In this document: in pieces, positions 7,967-16,683 of the stretch | How positions within the stretch are numbered: position 1 is the stretch's first letter | How the letters are laid out: each line of letters starts with the position of its first letter | From: Dehalococcoidia bacterium | GTDB taxonomy: Bacteria; Chloroflexota; Dehalococcoidia; Bin125 | NCBI GenBank assembly: GCA_965261225.1 | Contig: OZ253456.1 | Span: forward strand, 771,617-835,616 | Direction of reading: 5' to 3' | DNA: 64,000 bases | Program-made: the position numbers and the translations under genes | The notes under the pieces: generated by a model | What the model was told of the DNA's origin: nothing | Databases searched by the model: none | The model's input: only the letters and a program-made list of their open reading frames with translations

Positions 7967-8326
7967 CTAAGTCATGACCCCCAACTTCCCCACCAGCCGC
8001 TCGACTTCATCGAGGTACCACTCGACCTCGTCACTCTCGAAGGGCACGTCATAGAAGTTGATGTGCATCGTCTGCACGCAGCCGAAAAGTAGGCCGAGTT
8101 CGGTGTCGCCCCTTTCCTGAATCAGGGCGCGCAGTATCACCCACAACTCCCGGTGTCGATCGTGCGGCAGGCCCCGCTCATTGGCCGCCACCTTGAGCTC
8201 CGAGGCGACTGCATCCCAACCCCTCTCCAACGCCTCCGGCAAATCACCCTCCGCCAACAGCTCCCGCGCGTGGCGCAGATACTCCGCGCTCAACTCTCGG
8301 TAGTGATCCGTCTGCGCCGTCGTCAT
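7967..8326 (-). CDS. Small helical protein, PaREP1/HEPN-like
   Basis: 119-aa ORF. The pattern ..YLRHARELLAEGDLPEALERGWDAVASELKVAANERGLPHDRHRELW...MHINFY.. resembles PaREP1-type four-helix proteins. The assignment is from memory of the family pattern only. Confidence 0.5.
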   Translation of the reverse strand: MTTAQTDHYRELSAEYLRHARELLAEGDLPEALERGWDAVASELKVAANERGLPHDRHRELWVILRALIQERGDTELGLLFGCVQTMHINFYDVPFESDEVEWYLDEVERLVGKLGVMT

Positions 8327-8342
8327 GCCCCCATCCTAGAAG

Positions 8343-8391
8343 ACCTCCCCCTCTGGGGGAGGTGCCCCGAAGGGGCGGAGGGGGCCGCCCC
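8343..8391. repeat. Family C repeat variant
   Basis: cctccccctctgggggaggtgccccgaaggggcggagggggccgcccc. Confidence 0.6.
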
Positions 8392-8479
8392 ACACAACAT
8401 CCGCCAACCCCAACACACCGACAGAACAAATGTCCGCATACCATCGACTCCACCCGTCGCCAGCCCGAAGGAGCAGTCA

Positions 8480-8827
8480 ATGTCCGAGCAGAAGCCATTC
8501 ATCCCCTTCGAGGGCAACGCCATCCGCCGCGCCCTCGGCGAGCTCGCCGCCACCGGCCCTGGCTACGTCCGACTCGGCGCTCTCAAGGTCATGGCCTCCA
8601 TGCTCGGTCTCTCCGACGATCCCCTCGCCCACGCCGATCCCCAGCGCGATCGACGACTCGATGCCGCCCTCGATGAGGTTGAAGCCATCCTCGGCGAGGC
8701 GCTCCGCAGCGAGACCAGGGTGCAGACCGCCGACCCGGACTCCCAATCCGGCCCCGAAGGCGGCGACGATCAAGACAACCAGGCAGAGCAGCAGGAAGAA
8801 GCCGACGATGACGACGAACCACCATAA
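8480..8827 (+). CDS. Hypothetical acidic protein, in the position of a small terminase subunit
   Basis: Internal ATG of ORF 8153..8827, preceded by GAAGGAG. It reads MSEQKPFIPFEGNAIRRALGEL... with a D/E/Q-rich tail, and overlaps the terminase start by 20 nt. Confidence 0.5.
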   Translation: MSEQKPFIPFEGNAIRRALGELAATGPGYVRLGALKVMASMLGLSDDPLAHADPQRDRRLDAALDEVEAILGEALRSETRVQTADPDSQSGPEGGDDQDNQAEQQEEADDDDEPP

Positions 8828-10217
8828 TTCCTCAGACCGCACGGTCCGTAAGGCCCTCAAAGCCCTCCATCGGCTCCGTTTTTTTTCTCCCACAGAGCGC
8901 CAACAAGAACTCTACGAAGAGATCTTCGACGCGTCCCCGGACAGCCTCACCCTGCTCGGCTACGGAGGCGCCATGGGCGGCGGCAAAACTCGCGCCGTCG
9001 TCGAACTCGCCATCGACGCCGCCCTCGCCTTCCCCGGCAACAACATCCTCGTCGCTCGACAACACTTCACCGACCTCTCCGGAACCACCATGAAGGCGTT
9101 CTACAACGCCTGCCCCGATGAGTACATCCGCAGCACGCAATCCGCCCCGACGCCACTCGCCAGGATCGCCCTCCCAAAGCGCCCCAACGACCACATCTCG
9201 ACCATCAACTTCCGACACCTCACCGACTGGTCCGGCCTCGGATCCCAGGAATATGGCGCCGTGCTGATCGACGAAGCGGGAGAGGTCGCCGAGGAGGCCG
9301 CGCAGATGCTGCTCACCCGACTCCGGCACCCCGCCCAGCCCCAGCGCTGGTTCGTCGCCGCATCCAATCCCTGGCCGGGCTGGTTCGAGCGCTGGTTCGC
9401 CCGACGCGAGCTGGACGAGGAAGCCTTCGCCGAAGCCGACGGGCGGATCGTCTACATCCCGGCGAAGATTCCCGACAACCCGCACCTGCCCTCGACCTAC
9501 GCCGCCCAGCAACGAGCGATTCAGCCCGGCGAGTGGGTCGACCGCTTCATCGAGGGCAGCTTCGACGCCTTCGACGGGCAAATCTACCAGCACTTCAGCC
9601 CCGACACACACCGATGGGACGCGCCCCTGCCGCCCTTCGCCCGATACGTCGGCGGACTCGACTTCGGCGGGCAATCGCCCAAGGACCACTACACCGCCGG
9701 CATCGTCGCCGGCCTCACCGACCAGCGCGCGCCCTGCGGACCCAACATCCTGATCCGGCTGGGCGAGTTTGAGGAGCGCGGCCCCGGCGTCACCCAGCGA
9801 CTCGAGCAGTGGCAACAGTCCTGGCATCGCAAACTCGGCCCCATCCAATGGTGCGCCGACCGCTCACAGTCGGCCTGGATCGACCACCAACGCCGACAGG
9901 GCCACCACGTCGTCCCCAGCAAGGGAGGGCCGGACAGTGTCAACTGGGGCATCGCCTTAGTACAACAACGACTCAACGGAGACCCACCCAGCGCCTACTA
10001 CACCCCCGCAATGGATAAGTTCCCCGGCCGGATGCGTGAGTATCAGTGGGATCAGTCAACCACCGACCAGAGTCCAAAACCAAAGAAACGAAACGACGAC
10101 CTGCTTGACGCCGACCGCTACATGCACGAAATCGCAACCCAGCAACCAAGAACCAGGACAACATTCAAGCTCACCACCCCCGTCAGAGGCCGAGACGCCC
10201 GCTGGAGGGGAGCATGA
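8808..10217 (+). CDS. Phage terminase large subunit (ATPase plus nuclease)
   Basis: Frame of ORF 8430..10217, start taken at ATG 8808 (MTTNHHNSSDRTV..). Walker A YGGAMGGGKTRA, Walker B AVLIDEAGE, ..IPAKIPDNPHLP.., and nuclease part GGLDFGG...DDLLDADRYMHE. Confidence 0.8.
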   Translation: MTTNHHNSSDRTVRKALKALHRLRFFSPTERQQELYEEIFDASPDSLTLLGYGGAMGGGKTRAVVELAIDAALAFPGNNILVARQHFTDLSGTTMKAFYNACPDEYIRSTQSAPTPLARIALPKRPNDHISTINFRHLTDWSGLGSQEYGAVLIDEAGEVAEEAAQMLLTRLRHPAQPQRWFVAASNPWPGWFERWFARRELDEEAFAEADGRIVYIPAKIPDNPHLPSTYAAQQRAIQPGEWVDRFIEGSFDAFDGQIYQHFSPDTHRWDAPLPPFARYVGGLDFGGQSPKDHYTAGIVAGLTDQRAPCGPNILIRLGEFEERGPGVTQRLEQWQQSWHRKLGPIQWCADRSQSAWIDHQRRQGHHVVPSKGGPDSVNWGIALVQQRLNGDPPSAYYTPAMDKFPGRMREYQWDQSTTDQSPKPKKRNDDLLDADRYMHEIATQQPRTRTTFKLTTPVRGRDARWRGA

Positions 10218-10226
10218 CCCGTGAGG

Positions 10227-10487
10227 TCAGTCGAGGAAGGCGATGAGCAGACCGACAGCGCCGATAATCAATCCGGTCGCAATCATCATGGCGAGCAGCA
10301 GTTGCGTGCGCATCTCGGCCATGTCGCGCCGCATCTCTGTCATCAGCAACTTGAACTTCAGGTCCGACTCACGACGTCCGTACGTGTGGTTGTCAATCGC
10401 GTCTGCCGCCTCGTCAGCCTGCGCCTCCTCGACCCCCAACGAGTGGAAGGCGCGCCTGAGCCGGACGATCGGATTCATCGCCGCCAT
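10227..10487 (-). CDS. Tail-anchored small membrane protein, paralog A (DUF1640/XhlA-like architecture)
   Basis: 86 aa: MAAMNPIVRLRRAFHSLGVEEAQADEAADAI.., a charged helical middle, and a C-terminal TM LLLAMMIATGLIIGAVGLLIAFL. Confidence 0.7.
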   Translation of the reverse strand: MAAMNPIVRLRRAFHSLGVEEAQADEAADAIDNHTYGRRESDLKFKLLMTEMRRDMAEMRTQLLLAMMIATGLIIGAVGLLIAFLD

Positions 10488-10499
10488 GCTCGACCCTCC

Positions 10500-10793
10500 T
10501 CAGTTGACTGCGACGATGATGGCGACTGCGACGCCGACGATCACGATGATCTCGATCAACAGCTCCCGTCGATGCGCGATCATCATCTCCCGCATCTCGG
10601 CGGTCTGCTGCCGCAGCTCCGCCATCATGCGCTCAAAGCGCAGGTCCGATTCGCGCCGGCTGTAGCCGTATTCGCTGATCGCATCGGCGGCCTCTTCCGA
10701 AATGTCGTCAGCGGCGACATCGGTCAAGGGCGCACTCGCCCCCAACGAGCGAAACGCCCGTCGCAACCGCAGAATCGGATTCATCGCCGCCAT
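10500..10793 (-). CDS. Tail-anchored small membrane protein, paralog B
   Basis: 97 aa with the same N-terminal MAAMNPILRLRRAFRSLG and C-terminal ..HRRELLIEIIVIVGVAVAIIVAVN. A 12-nt gap containing GGAGGG separates it from its neighbour. Confidence 0.75.
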   Translation of the reverse strand: MAAMNPILRLRRAFRSLGASAPLTDVAADDISEEAADAISEYGYSRRESDLRFERMMAELRQQTAEMREMMIAHRRELLIEIIVIVGVAVAIIVAVN

Positions 10794-10805
10794 GCTCGAC
10801 CCTCC

Positions 10806-11054
10806 TCAGTTGAGTGCGACGATGATGGCGACTGCGACGCCGACGATCACGATGATCTCGATCAACAGCTCTCGTCGATGCGCAGCCATCATCTCCTGCA
10901 TCTTGGCCATCTCACGCTGGAACATCAACTCAGTCTCGCGTCGGCTAAAGGAATGATCGCCGAGCGCATCCGCTACCTCGTCGACCTGCTCATCATCCAC
11001 GCCCAACGAGCGAAATGCCCGTCGCAAACGCAGGATCGGGTTCATCGCCGCCAT
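10806..11054 (-). CDS. Tail-anchored small membrane protein, paralog C
   Basis: 82 aa. The N- and C-termini are identical to paralog B at protein level, and long DNA stretches are shared (10470-10580 versus 10776-10885). Confidence 0.75.
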   Translation of the reverse strand: MAAMNPILRLRRAFRSLGVDDEQVDEVADALGDHSFSRRETELMFQREMAKMQEMMAAHRRELLIEIIVIVGVAVAIIVALN

Positions 11055-11066
11055 GCCCGTTCCTCC

Positions 11067-11297
11067 TCAGTTGACCAGCGCCAGAAGCGCGACGCCCAGC
11101 CCGACGATGATCAGCACGCCGAGCAGCAACGGATTGCGATCCTCCGCCATGATCCTGGCGATCCGCTCCTCGAATTCGCGGCGACTCAGGTAGATGTCGT
11201 CCAGCACCGTCGACAGCTCGTCCGCCTCCTGAGGCTGCGCCCCGACCTGTCGAAACAAGCGGCGCAATCGCAAGATCGGGTTCATGCTCGACATCAC
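11067..11297 (-). CDS. Tail-anchored small membrane protein, paralog D
   Basis: 76 aa: MMSSMNPILRLRRLFRQVG..., C-terminal TM LLLGVLIIVGLGVALLALV. It lies 33 nt downstream of the methyltransferase stop, with GAGG before the ATG. Confidence 0.7.
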   Translation of the reverse strand: MMSSMNPILRLRRLFRQVGAQPQEADELSTVLDDIYLSRREFEERIARIMAEDRNPLLLGVLIIVGLGVALLALVN

Positions 11298-11330
11298 AGC
11301 CTCGCGTTCCTCGTCCCCAATATACCGTAC

Positions 11331-14300
11331 TTATCGCCTATCTGTTCTACGTTGAGAATCCTCCCCGTTCTCAGTAAAGACCACCCGAGACCGCTTCCCC
11401 CCATGAATCTGAGGCTCCCGAGCCAGCTTGCGCCGAATCAAATCAATCGGCCCATCGTCCGCCACCAAGGATTCCGGAAGCCCCAAAACATCAACCAAAA
11501 TCGCCCGGTCCAACTTCGCCCGAGCCGGGTCCTCATCAATCTGGTCAAAAGGAAGAAACCGCTCCGCAGAAAGCAACGCAAACTGCCGCTTGGCCTCGGT
11601 ATGCTGAGCATCGGTAAGGGTGCGGGTGTCGAGAGTAGGAATGTTAGGAATGCCGCTGACGGTTGTAGTGCCACGACCGTCTTGTGTCTTGTTGGCGACC
11701 CACCAGTGGATAAGCAGTCCGAGTGTCGAGTTGCACCACAGCGAGAACGCGTATTCGTGTTCAGAGTCTTGCAGGATGACAGAAGGCCACGCCCGCCCTC
11801 CAATGCACTTGCGCTCAGTCATTGCCACAATCAACGACTGAGAGTTGAATCGGAGATCGCGGTTATAGTGGGCTCGTGTAGCAGTCGCCCACACATGGGC
11901 GGCTTTGTCCTGCAACAATTCCTCCATACCCTCATCGATTCTCAACAATCCTTCGGAATCAGGTTCCACGGTCAGGCGACGTTCGCGTTTCGCCTTGTGC
12001 GCCCAAAGAGTTGGATACGTCGGTACAGGTCCTTGTGGAGGCGACTGAATGTCGAATGGCCCCCGAATTTGCCTCGCTCCGCCGACGAAGGACTGCTCTA
12101 TGCCATTGATGTCACGATCGACCGGGCCGCGTTCTGCAATTCTTCCTATAGGTACTACGGCGATAGGTATGTCCTCTGCTCCCGGTTCACCTATACGCTG
12201 CATTCTTCGCAGAGTAAGTTGGTGCGCGAACTGTGCCAATTCGAGATCGAGAATCCCGCAGAGAGTCCAGGGCCCCGATTCTTGAAGCGCCATAGAACTT
12301 ATCGTTCCGTAAGTTGCTCCGCCGAGTTGCAACGCTGTAACACCGCTACCGTCCTCAATAGAACGAACATTGGAGTTGCGCTGCAACTTACGTATCTCAT
12401 TGCCGAGTTGCTCTGCCTCGGTCGCCGTCGTTGGAAGCTTCCGCAAGACCACGAACCAGTTGTGGCGATCGTTGTCCTTCGCAACCTGATCGTGCGTGAG
12501 TACCACGAGGCATTCGGCCATTCCGGTGTCGGCAGAGAACGACCGGTCAAAGCTTCCCTCCGCCGCGATTGTGACAACGGTGGTCTCTCTGTAGTCATCT
12601 TGCCATTGACCTCGCAGTTTGTCCCAGGAACTGCCACTCATCGACGAAAGGGGCAGAACAAACGCCAAACTTCCGTCCTCGTTTCGCTTGCGATGTGCGA
12701 GTTCTGCGAACAATGCCGCCATACCTGCATTTCCTGCAGCGGCAGAGCCTTTAGTAAGAGATTTCTCGCGGCGAGACATCGCGTCCTGCTGCTGAGGCGT
12801 CGTCTCGAATGCAGAGTAGGCAGGATTTGGAACGTCGCTATGTGCACCCTCGTGGTTCGTCGGGCGCGTAAAGGGTGGATTCATGATCACCAGATCGAAC
12901 TTGTCGTGACCAACTCTTGTCCTCAAATCGGCAACATCTTCCGGAAGACGTCCTCCAGACGTGGTTGCAGATGCATCCTCAATCAGACTTGGCTGTACGT
13001 CTTTAGCGAGCAGCTCCAGCGACCCAATCGACGCCGACTCCCCGCCGTACGGCATCGTCAGCAGGCACTCACCATCGAAGGGCACGTCAGGATGTGCCCC
13101 CGCGAGCATCGTCGCCGTCAGATGCACCGCGATATTGAGCACATCGAGTCCGACCAGCCCGTTCTTCATCATCGGCGCGTGCAGCGCTCGCGGGTCGCCG
13201 CCGTTGAGCTCGTGCAGCAGCGAGATGCGCTGGTAGGCCGCCGAGAGCAGCGTCCCCGTGCCGCAGGCGAAGTCGCCGATCTGCAGCGAGGCGATCGTCT
13301 CCTCGTCGCCCCACTCCGCCCCACCCGGCGCACGGTCGGCGGGAATCGCCAACCCGGCCAGCAGCGCCGCCGCCGCCGGTCGCGTGTAGAATGTCGCCAG
13401 GAACTTCCGGTCCGCAATCAGACGCTGAAAGATCACCCCGGTCAGGTCGTGCGACTTGGTCACCCCGCGTTGCACCAGACGCAGCGCGCCCTTGCGCAAT
13501 GGCGTCAGCACCGCCGCGGCCGTCTCTTCCGGCAGCTTGCGGACAATCTCCGACGCCGTCGCGAAAATCGGCCAGTAGTTGATCTCCAGCACAGACTCCC
13601 ATTCCAGAGTCAGGGCGTCAATGTCGAAGTCGCCCGGCGGCAGCAGCTCACGCAGGTGTCGCAGACGTCGCTGCGCGCCTGCATCGGTGATGAAAAACTC
13701 GGCCCCGGCCAGCGCCTCATGGAAAATCAGCGCATTGATCACAACAGTCATCGCCATCCGGCGAGTCTGACCGCCCTGATCATCGGATTGTCCAAGCAGG
13801 TCGGCGATATCAGAGCCAATCGACCCCGTTGCGTGGGAGCCGTGCCGGTAAGTGAAGGCAGCCGCGGCGTCCTCAATGCTCTGCTCGAGGATCACACCCA
13901 TGCGCTCGACGCGCGGCGCCGGTGTCGAGGCCCGATGCGCCAACATCGCCAGGTCACGGGCAGAGCCCGTCAGCCAACCGCTCTGCGGCAAGCGCTCCAC
14001 GCCGCCGCCACGCGTGCGCGTCAGCAGCGCGTATTCCAGACCGTCCGTGGTCCGCAACGTCTGTCGCAATTCCTTTCCGTCGATCTCCCAAACCTCCGGC
14101 GGATAGACCAGCGCGATTACGCTCTCGATCGGCTTGCGGGTCTCGTTGACGACCTGTCCCAGCCGATCACGCGCATCCAATTCGGCGCTGTCGTAGTTCG
14201 CTTTGTCCGCCTCAATCGCCACAGGCCACTGCGCCGCTTCTTCAATCAGCACATCGGGCCGCTTGGCAGAGGATCGAATCGTGCGAGTCTCTTCGAAATG

Positions 14301-14378
14301 CACCTGCCAACTGTGAGGCCGAAGCTCCCGCAGCACCTCGCCCAGAGCGACATTGATCGTGTGCTCATGAGTAGGCAT
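11331..14378 (-). CDS. Large single-chain N6-adenine DNA methyltransferase with an N-terminal nuclease-like domain (type IIG/IIL-like restriction-modification enzyme)
   Basis: 1015-aa ORF. SAM motif I is DFACGTGTLL and catalytic motif IV is VIMNPPFTRP, a gamma-class order. The N-terminus has a possible PD-(D/E)xK-like signature (KRPDVLIEE..WPVAIEADK). The roughly 400-aa C-terminal region has visibly lower G+C, as expected for a target-recognition domain. Confidence 0.75.
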   Translation of the reverse strand: MPTHEHTINVALGEVLRELRPHSWQVHFEETRTIRSSAKRPDVLIEEAAQWPVAIEADKANYDSAELDARDRLGQVVNETRKPIESVIALVYPPEVWEIDGKELRQTLRTTDGLEYALLTRTRGGGVERLPQSGWLTGSARDLAMLAHRASTPAPRVERMGVILEQSIEDAAAAFTYRHGSHATGSIGSDIADLLGQSDDQGGQTRRMAMTVVINALIFHEALAGAEFFITDAGAQRRLRHLRELLPPGDFDIDALTLEWESVLEINYWPIFATASEIVRKLPEETAAAVLTPLRKGALRLVQRGVTKSHDLTGVIFQRLIADRKFLATFYTRPAAAALLAGLAIPADRAPGGAEWGDEETIASLQIGDFACGTGTLLSAAYQRISLLHELNGGDPRALHAPMMKNGLVGLDVLNIAVHLTATMLAGAHPDVPFDGECLLTMPYGGESASIGSLELLAKDVQPSLIEDASATTSGGRLPEDVADLRTRVGHDKFDLVIMNPPFTRPTNHEGAHSDVPNPAYSAFETTPQQQDAMSRREKSLTKGSAAAGNAGMAALFAELAHRKRNEDGSLAFVLPLSSMSGSSWDKLRGQWQDDYRETTVVTIAAEGSFDRSFSADTGMAECLVVLTHDQVAKDNDRHNWFVVLRKLPTTATEAEQLGNEIRKLQRNSNVRSIEDGSGVTALQLGGATYGTISSMALQESGPWTLCGILDLELAQFAHQLTLRRMQRIGEPGAEDIPIAVVPIGRIAERGPVDRDINGIEQSFVGGARQIRGPFDIQSPPQGPVPTYPTLWAHKAKRERRLTVEPDSEGLLRIDEGMEELLQDKAAHVWATATRAHYNRDLRFNSQSLIVAMTERKCIGGRAWPSVILQDSEHEYAFSLWCNSTLGLLIHWWVANKTQDGRGTTTVSGIPNIPTLDTRTLTDAQHTEAKRQFALLSAERFLPFDQIDEDPARAKLDRAILVDVLGLPESLVADDGPIDLIRRKLAREPQIHGGKRSRVVFTENGEDSQRRTDRR

Positions 14379-14410
14379 CGGGCGCTCAGTCTAGACGCCG
14401 TCCGCCACCC

Positions 14411-14803
14411 TCAAACCGACTCGATGACGAGGTTCGGGATGCGCTCGAAGTGGCGGCGGTTGTTGGTCAGTAGGGTCAGGTCGTGCTGTAGCGCCGTCGC
14501 CCCGATCAGGAGGTCCATGCTGCCGAACAAATTGCCTTGCCTGCGCAAACGATTGCGTTCGATTCCGAACAGGCGGGCTGTCTCGAAGTCGACTCCCAAC
14601 AGCACAAGGTCTCCAACAAACATCCGTAACTGCTGTTCACGTTGCGCACGATCAGGCGCGCCCGCGACTCCCTCGTATAGCTCGGCCAATGCGATCACAC
14701 TGATGGCAATGCCGAGAGGTTCCAGGGATACGATGCGACTCACAAGTCGTTCGATGCCGTTGAGGTACTCGATGGCCCAGTCGGAGTCCAACAGGTATTG
14801 CAT
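14411..14803 (-). CDS. vapC: PIN-domain toxin VapC
   Basis: Internal ATG of ORF 14411..14983: MQYLLDSDWAIEYL...ALAELYEG...MDLLIGATALQHDLTLLTNNRRHFERIP, which are PIN acidic motifs. Confidence 0.8.
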   Translation of the reverse strand: MQYLLDSDWAIEYLNGIERLVSRIVSLEPLGIAISVIALAELYEGVAGAPDRAQREQQLRMFVGDLVLLGVDFETARLFGIERNRLRRQGNLFGSMDLLIGATALQHDLTLLTNNRRHFERIPNLVIESV

Positions 14804-14807
14804 CGTC

Positions 14808-15056
14808 TCAGAGATGCCTGGGCGGTCGTGTGCCGTCGATGCGGGCTTGGTAGATGTCGCGGATGAATTGTTCGTGGTCATCGAACATATCAGCCCAGAC
14901 ACCTGCAGACCTGGCCAGCCCCCCCTTGTCGGATGGTGGCTGCTTGTGGTCATCCAGGGTGAGGACGACTTCCTGGTCTTCACTGAGGTCGATGTCCTCG
15001 AGCGGCTCGAGGACGCCGTTGTGGTAGCGGGCGCGGAAGTTCTTGAGCGTCATCAT
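14808..15056 (-). CDS. DUF104/AF2212-like antitoxin (VapB-type partner)
   Basis: 82 aa: MMTLKNFRARYHNGVLEPLEDIDLSEDQEVVLTL.. is typical of DUF104. It ends 4 nt upstream of vapC. Confidence 0.7.
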   Translation of the reverse strand: MMTLKNFRARYHNGVLEPLEDIDLSEDQEVVLTLDDHKQPPSDKGGLARSAGVWADMFDDHEQFIRDIYQARIDGTRPPRHL

Positions 15057-15116
15057 CGCCTCCGAGCTTCACCGTATCAGTCTGGCCCAGGCGCGGTCAC
15101 GCCCTACACTCTGCCC

Positions 15117-16334
15117 ATGACCGACCAACCTGGACCCCTCGACGGTGTGACTGTCCTCGACCTCACCGAGCACATTGCCGGGCCGTATTGCACCAAGCTG
15201 TTTGCCGACTTTGGCGCCGATGTGATCAAGGTCGAGCCTCACGACGGCGACGCGTCGCGGTCGGTCGGGCCGTACTACGAGGGCCTACCGGGGCTTGAGC
15301 GGTCGGGGACGTTCTTCTACTTCAACACCAACAAGCGCTCGCTCGTGCTCGACCTGGAGCACGCCGACGCCGGCACGGTAGTCGAGCGGCTGATTCAGCG
15401 CGCCGACATCGTGGTCGAGTCGCAGCCGCCGGGTCGGTTGGACGAGCTGGGCCTCGGCTGGGAGCGGATCTCGTCGTTGCGCGACGACCTGCCGCTGGTC
15501 TCGATCTCGCCGTTCGGCCACGACTCGCCCTACCGCGACTACAAGGTGTCGGACCTGGTGCTCTACGGCTTCGCCGGCGAGATGTACTCAATCGGCGTGC
15601 AGGACCGCGAGCCGGTCAAGATGTTTGGCACGGCCTCGCTGGTCGAGTGCGGCGCGGCCGCGGCGACGGCGTCCCTGGGCGCGCTGACAGCGGCCGAACT
15701 GCAGGGCATCGGCCAACAGGTCGACTTTTCCATGGCCGACGCACAGTTCAACGGTGTCGACCGTCGCCACGCCGCGACCATTGGCTGGGAGTTCGCGGGC
15801 CGCAAGTCGCTGCGCGCGCCCGGTCCGGCGGCCGGCATGCTGACCGGCGTCTATCCCTGCGCCGACGGCTACGTCGAGTTCTCGGGCGCCGCCATCCGCA
15901 TCCCCAGGCTGAACGAGATGCTCGGTCGTCCCGAGTGGCTGCAAGACGAGAAGTGGTGGCAGCCAGGCATCGGTCTGAACCCGGAGCTGGTGGACGAGTT
16001 CAACGCACACTTCCTGCCCTGGTCGCTAGAGCGAACCAAGCGAGACATCTGGGCTACGGCGCGAGAAGCCAGAGTGCTCTGCGGCCCACTCTTCTCAGTC
16101 GACGAATTGTTCGAGGACACCCACTTCAGCGACCGAGGCTTCTGGGCAACGGCCAATCATGCGGAGCTGGGAGAAGTCCAGCTCCCCGGCCGGCCACTAA
16201 TCATGCCGGCATCGCCGTGGAGCCTGAGGCGCCCACCGCCACTGCTCGGCGAGCATACGGACGAGGTGTTGTCGGAGTGCGGGTTTGGAGCGGAAGAGGT
16301 GGAGGCGCTGCGGAGGTCTGGAGTGGTAAAATGA
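15117..16334 (+). CDS. Family III CoA-transferase (CaiB/BaiF-like)
   Basis: 3' part of the artefactual 2037-aa ORF. ATG 15117: MTDQPGPLDGVTVLDLTEHIAGPYCTKLFADFGADVIKVEP..., C-terminal ..LGEHTDEVLSECGFGAEEVEALRRSGVV. Confidence 0.85.
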   Translation: MTDQPGPLDGVTVLDLTEHIAGPYCTKLFADFGADVIKVEPHDGDASRSVGPYYEGLPGLERSGTFFYFNTNKRSLVLDLEHADAGTVVERLIQRADIVVESQPPGRLDELGLGWERISSLRDDLPLVSISPFGHDSPYRDYKVSDLVLYGFAGEMYSIGVQDREPVKMFGTASLVECGAAAATASLGALTAAELQGIGQQVDFSMADAQFNGVDRRHAATIGWEFAGRKSLRAPGPAAGMLTGVYPCADGYVEFSGAAIRIPRLNEMLGRPEWLQDEKWWQPGIGLNPELVDEFNAHFLPWSLERTKRDIWATAREARVLCGPLFSVDELFEDTHFSDRGFWATANHAELGEVQLPGRPLIMPASPWSLRRPPPLLGEHTDEVLSECGFGAEEVEALRRSGVVK

Positions 16335-16377
16335 GGAGGATCGCAGCACTCGTTCGGGTCAAGAATGTGGGGATCGT

Positions 16378-16683
16378 ATGGCGCACAGACTGACTGGAAT
16401 CCTCTATGACGATGGCGAACCGCCTGCGGGTTTCCTCGTCTACTGCCCACAGCTGGACGTGCTAACCCAAGGTGACTCAGTTGACCACGCACGAGAAATG
16501 ATTCAAGACGCGGTGGAAGGTGTATTGGAGCTCCTGCCAGCAGTGGAGGTTGAGCGGCGTTTGAGTGGAGCATGGTCATCCTTGGATGACGTCTTCGCTG
16601 AAGAAGATGACTATTCGATAGTTGAAGTAGACCGATTCTCATTTGCGGTAGACGTACCGGTATCTGAGAGCACCATTGGCTAG
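16378..16683 (+). CDS. hicB: HicB-like antitoxin
   Basis: 101 aa with a UPF0150/HicB-like N-terminal fold pattern (..GFLVYCPQLDVLTQGDSVDHAREMIQDAVE..). It overlaps the following hicA by 8 nt. Confidence 0.6.
   Translation: MAHRLTGILYDDGEPPAGFLVYCPQLDVLTQGDSVDHAREMIQDAVEGVLELLPAVEVERRLSGAWSSLDDVFAEEDDYSIVEVDRFSFAVDVPVSESTIG

Noticed and set aside
10221-16334. 2037-aa ORF on the plus strand, the longest in the track
   Set aside because: It is an artefact of high G+C, which makes stop codons scarce. Its sequence is Arg/Pro/His-rich and low in complexity. It runs antisense to seven well-supported minus-strand genes. Only its last 405 codons (15117..16334) are a real CoA-transferase gene.
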